Positions 62,737 through 64,000 of a stretch of DNA of 64,000 bases are shown one piece after another. Numbering within the stretch: the first letter of the stretch is position 1; each line of letters starts with the position of its first letter. A program made the position numbers and the translations under genes. Source of the stretch: Bacteroidales bacterium (GTDB lineage Bacteria; Bacteroidota; Bacteroidia; Bacteroidales; VadinHA17); the NCBI GenBank assembly GCA_030596125.1, contig JAUVKT010000001.1, forward strand, positions 28,860 to 92,859. The letters are read 5' to 3'. The notes under the pieces are model-generated. The model had not been told where the DNA came from. It searched no databases and saw nothing but the letters and a program-made list of their open reading frames with translations.

Positions 62737-63915
62737 ATGAAAAAGATTGACAGAAGAATAATTATTGTGGCAACTTTTATCTTTATTGTAGGGTTGTCGT
62801 ATGGTTTGATGCGTTTTCTGATTGCTCAGAAAGAAGAGCCTCCGAGGCGGGCTCCTGGTAGCAGTAAGAGGTTTGTGCAGACCGAAAAGGTTCAATATTC
62901 AACGATCACTTCGCCGGTGGTGGCTTCCGGAAGGTTAAATTCGGTAAGTGAAATTGATATTGTTGCTGAAGCAAGCGGAAAAATAATAACGGGGGCAGTA
63001 CCATTAAAAAGGGGCTCTGCTTTTGACCGTGGAGATCTGCTGTTTACAATTTATCGTGATGAGGTATCGCTGGCCCTTCAGGCTCAAAAAAGCCGGTTTA
63101 TGAATACCCTGGCAAATGTTTTGCCCGACATAAGATTCGATTTCCCTGAGTATGAAGACTCTTTTACAAGATTCATCGGATCAATAGATATTGATAAAAA
63201 TTTACCTGACTTACCTGTAATTGAAAATGATAAGCTTAAGATCTTTCTTGCAAGCCGCAATTTGCTGAGTGAATATTACAGTATTAAGAAAGATGAGCTT
63301 CAGCTTAGCCGTCATTCTGTCTATGCCCCGTTTAACGGCACCTTTTCTGAGGTCTATCTTGAGGCCGGCGCATATACAAACATTGGCGGAAGAGTAGCTT
63401 ATGCTATCCAGACCGACATTCTTGAACTTGAAGTTCCGGTAAAAAGAGAAGATGCAAAATGGATCAATATCGGGGATAAGGTCTTGGTGTCGAGGGCAGA
63501 TCAATCCGGTGGTTTTGAAGGAAAAATTTCCAGGAAGGGTAGTTTTCTTGATGATGATTCTCAGACACAGGCTGTTTTTATAAGGATAAAAAACAGCAAG
63601 AATTATCAGCTTCTTAATGGTGAATATCTTACAGCAACATTTCCCGGGTATCCTGTAGATAATGTTATGGAGATCCCGAGAAAGAGTGTTTTTAATTCAG
63701 ATGAGGTTTTTGTTGTTGTTAACGGCCGGCTTGAAAAAAGAGAAATAGAGATAGTAAAGAAAAATGAGAAGAGTCTGATCTTTTACGGGCTTGAGGAAGG
63801 TACTGTCCTGGTTACCCAATCATTAATTAATGTTCAGGAGGGGATTATGGTAGTTACAGAGACAGAAATGAAAACAGGGCAACAGGGTGCAAGGAAGAAA
63901 AATAACAACCAGTAG
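62737..63915 (+). CDS. Efflux RND transporter periplasmic adaptor subunit
   Basis: 392 aa with an N-terminal TM and a lipoyl/beta-barrel-type adaptor layout. An RND pump start codon follows 3 bp after its stop. Confidence 0.7.
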   Translation: MKKIDRRIIIVATFIFIVGLSYGLMRFLIAQKEEPPRRAPGSSKRFVQTEKVQYSTITSPVVASGRLNSVSEIDIVAEASGKIITGAVPLKRGSAFDRGDLLFTIYRDEVSLALQAQKSRFMNTLANVLPDIRFDFPEYEDSFTRFIGSIDIDKNLPDLPVIENDKLKIFLASRNLLSEYYSIKKDELQLSRHSVYAPFNGTFSEVYLEAGAYTNIGGRVAYAIQTDILELEVPVKREDAKWINIGDKVLVSRADQSGGFEGKISRKGSFLDDDSQTQAVFIRIKNSKNYQLLNGEYLTATFPGYPVDNVMEIPRKSVFNSDEVFVVVNGRLEKREIEIVKKNEKSLIFYGLEEGTVLVTQSLINVQEGIMVVTETEMKTGQQGARKKNNNQ

Positions 63916-63917
63916 TT

Positions 63918-64000
63918 ATGAGGAAGATAATAGAGAAGTTTGTTGAGTACCCGATGTATGCTAATATTATTTTGATAATAGTAGTACTGGCGGGTCTTTT
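63918..64000 (+). CDS. RND efflux pump permease, N-terminal fragment (3' end outside window)
   Basis: MRKIIEKFVEYPMYANIILIIVVLAGL is the typical AcrB-family N-terminus and TM1. It follows the adaptor gene. Confidence 0.6.
   Translation, partial: MRKIIEKFVEYPMYANIILIIVVLAGL

Overview
This 64-kb chromosomal window looks like a Bacteroidota-type genome. The evidence is a T9SS type-B cargo gene with a PorP/SprF partner, a fused SecDF, a DUF4783-nadC pairing, and 16 correctly oriented TAnnTTTG -7 promoter motifs in front of genes. I support 43 protein-coding genes, two of them cut by the window edges. Most are housekeeping: the tail of the dcw cluster (murC'-ftsQ-ftsA-ftsZ), valS, glnA-like, nadC, der, era, rluB-like, glmM, secDF, tatA and mutS. 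There are also a MacA/MacB-permease/TolC efflux set, Lol-type ABC parts, an RND adaptor plus pump start, and a cation-chloride-cotransporter-like permease. By eye I found no rRNA, tRNA, CRISPR array, transposase, integrase or obvious defence genes.

The items most worth a second look are:
1. An archaeal-type GatD/GatE amidotransferase pair sits among ordinary bacterial housekeeping genes (8713-12086).
2. A 14.5-kb co-directional block (24727-39271) holds a giant multi-TM orphan histidine kinase and a 1382-aa glycine-rich T9SS type-B cargo with a dedicated PorP/SprF. It also holds a PD40/PKD protein, an unknown secreted protein and a propeller/Y_Y_Y-SpoIIE sensor phosphatase.
3. A 174-176-bp palindromic MITE-like element occurs twice (44604-44779 and 57227-57402). 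Both copies are TA-flanked and lie between a promoter motif and a start codon.
4. The intergenic spacers are built from short 7-18 bp stutter tandem repeats, with words shared between distant loci. One is a 12-unit CATTTGA heptamer array (60181-60267).

All functional calls come from reading the translations and from recollection of family motifs. No database search, HMM scan or folding was run, and genome-wide copy numbers and phylogenetic placement are unknown.
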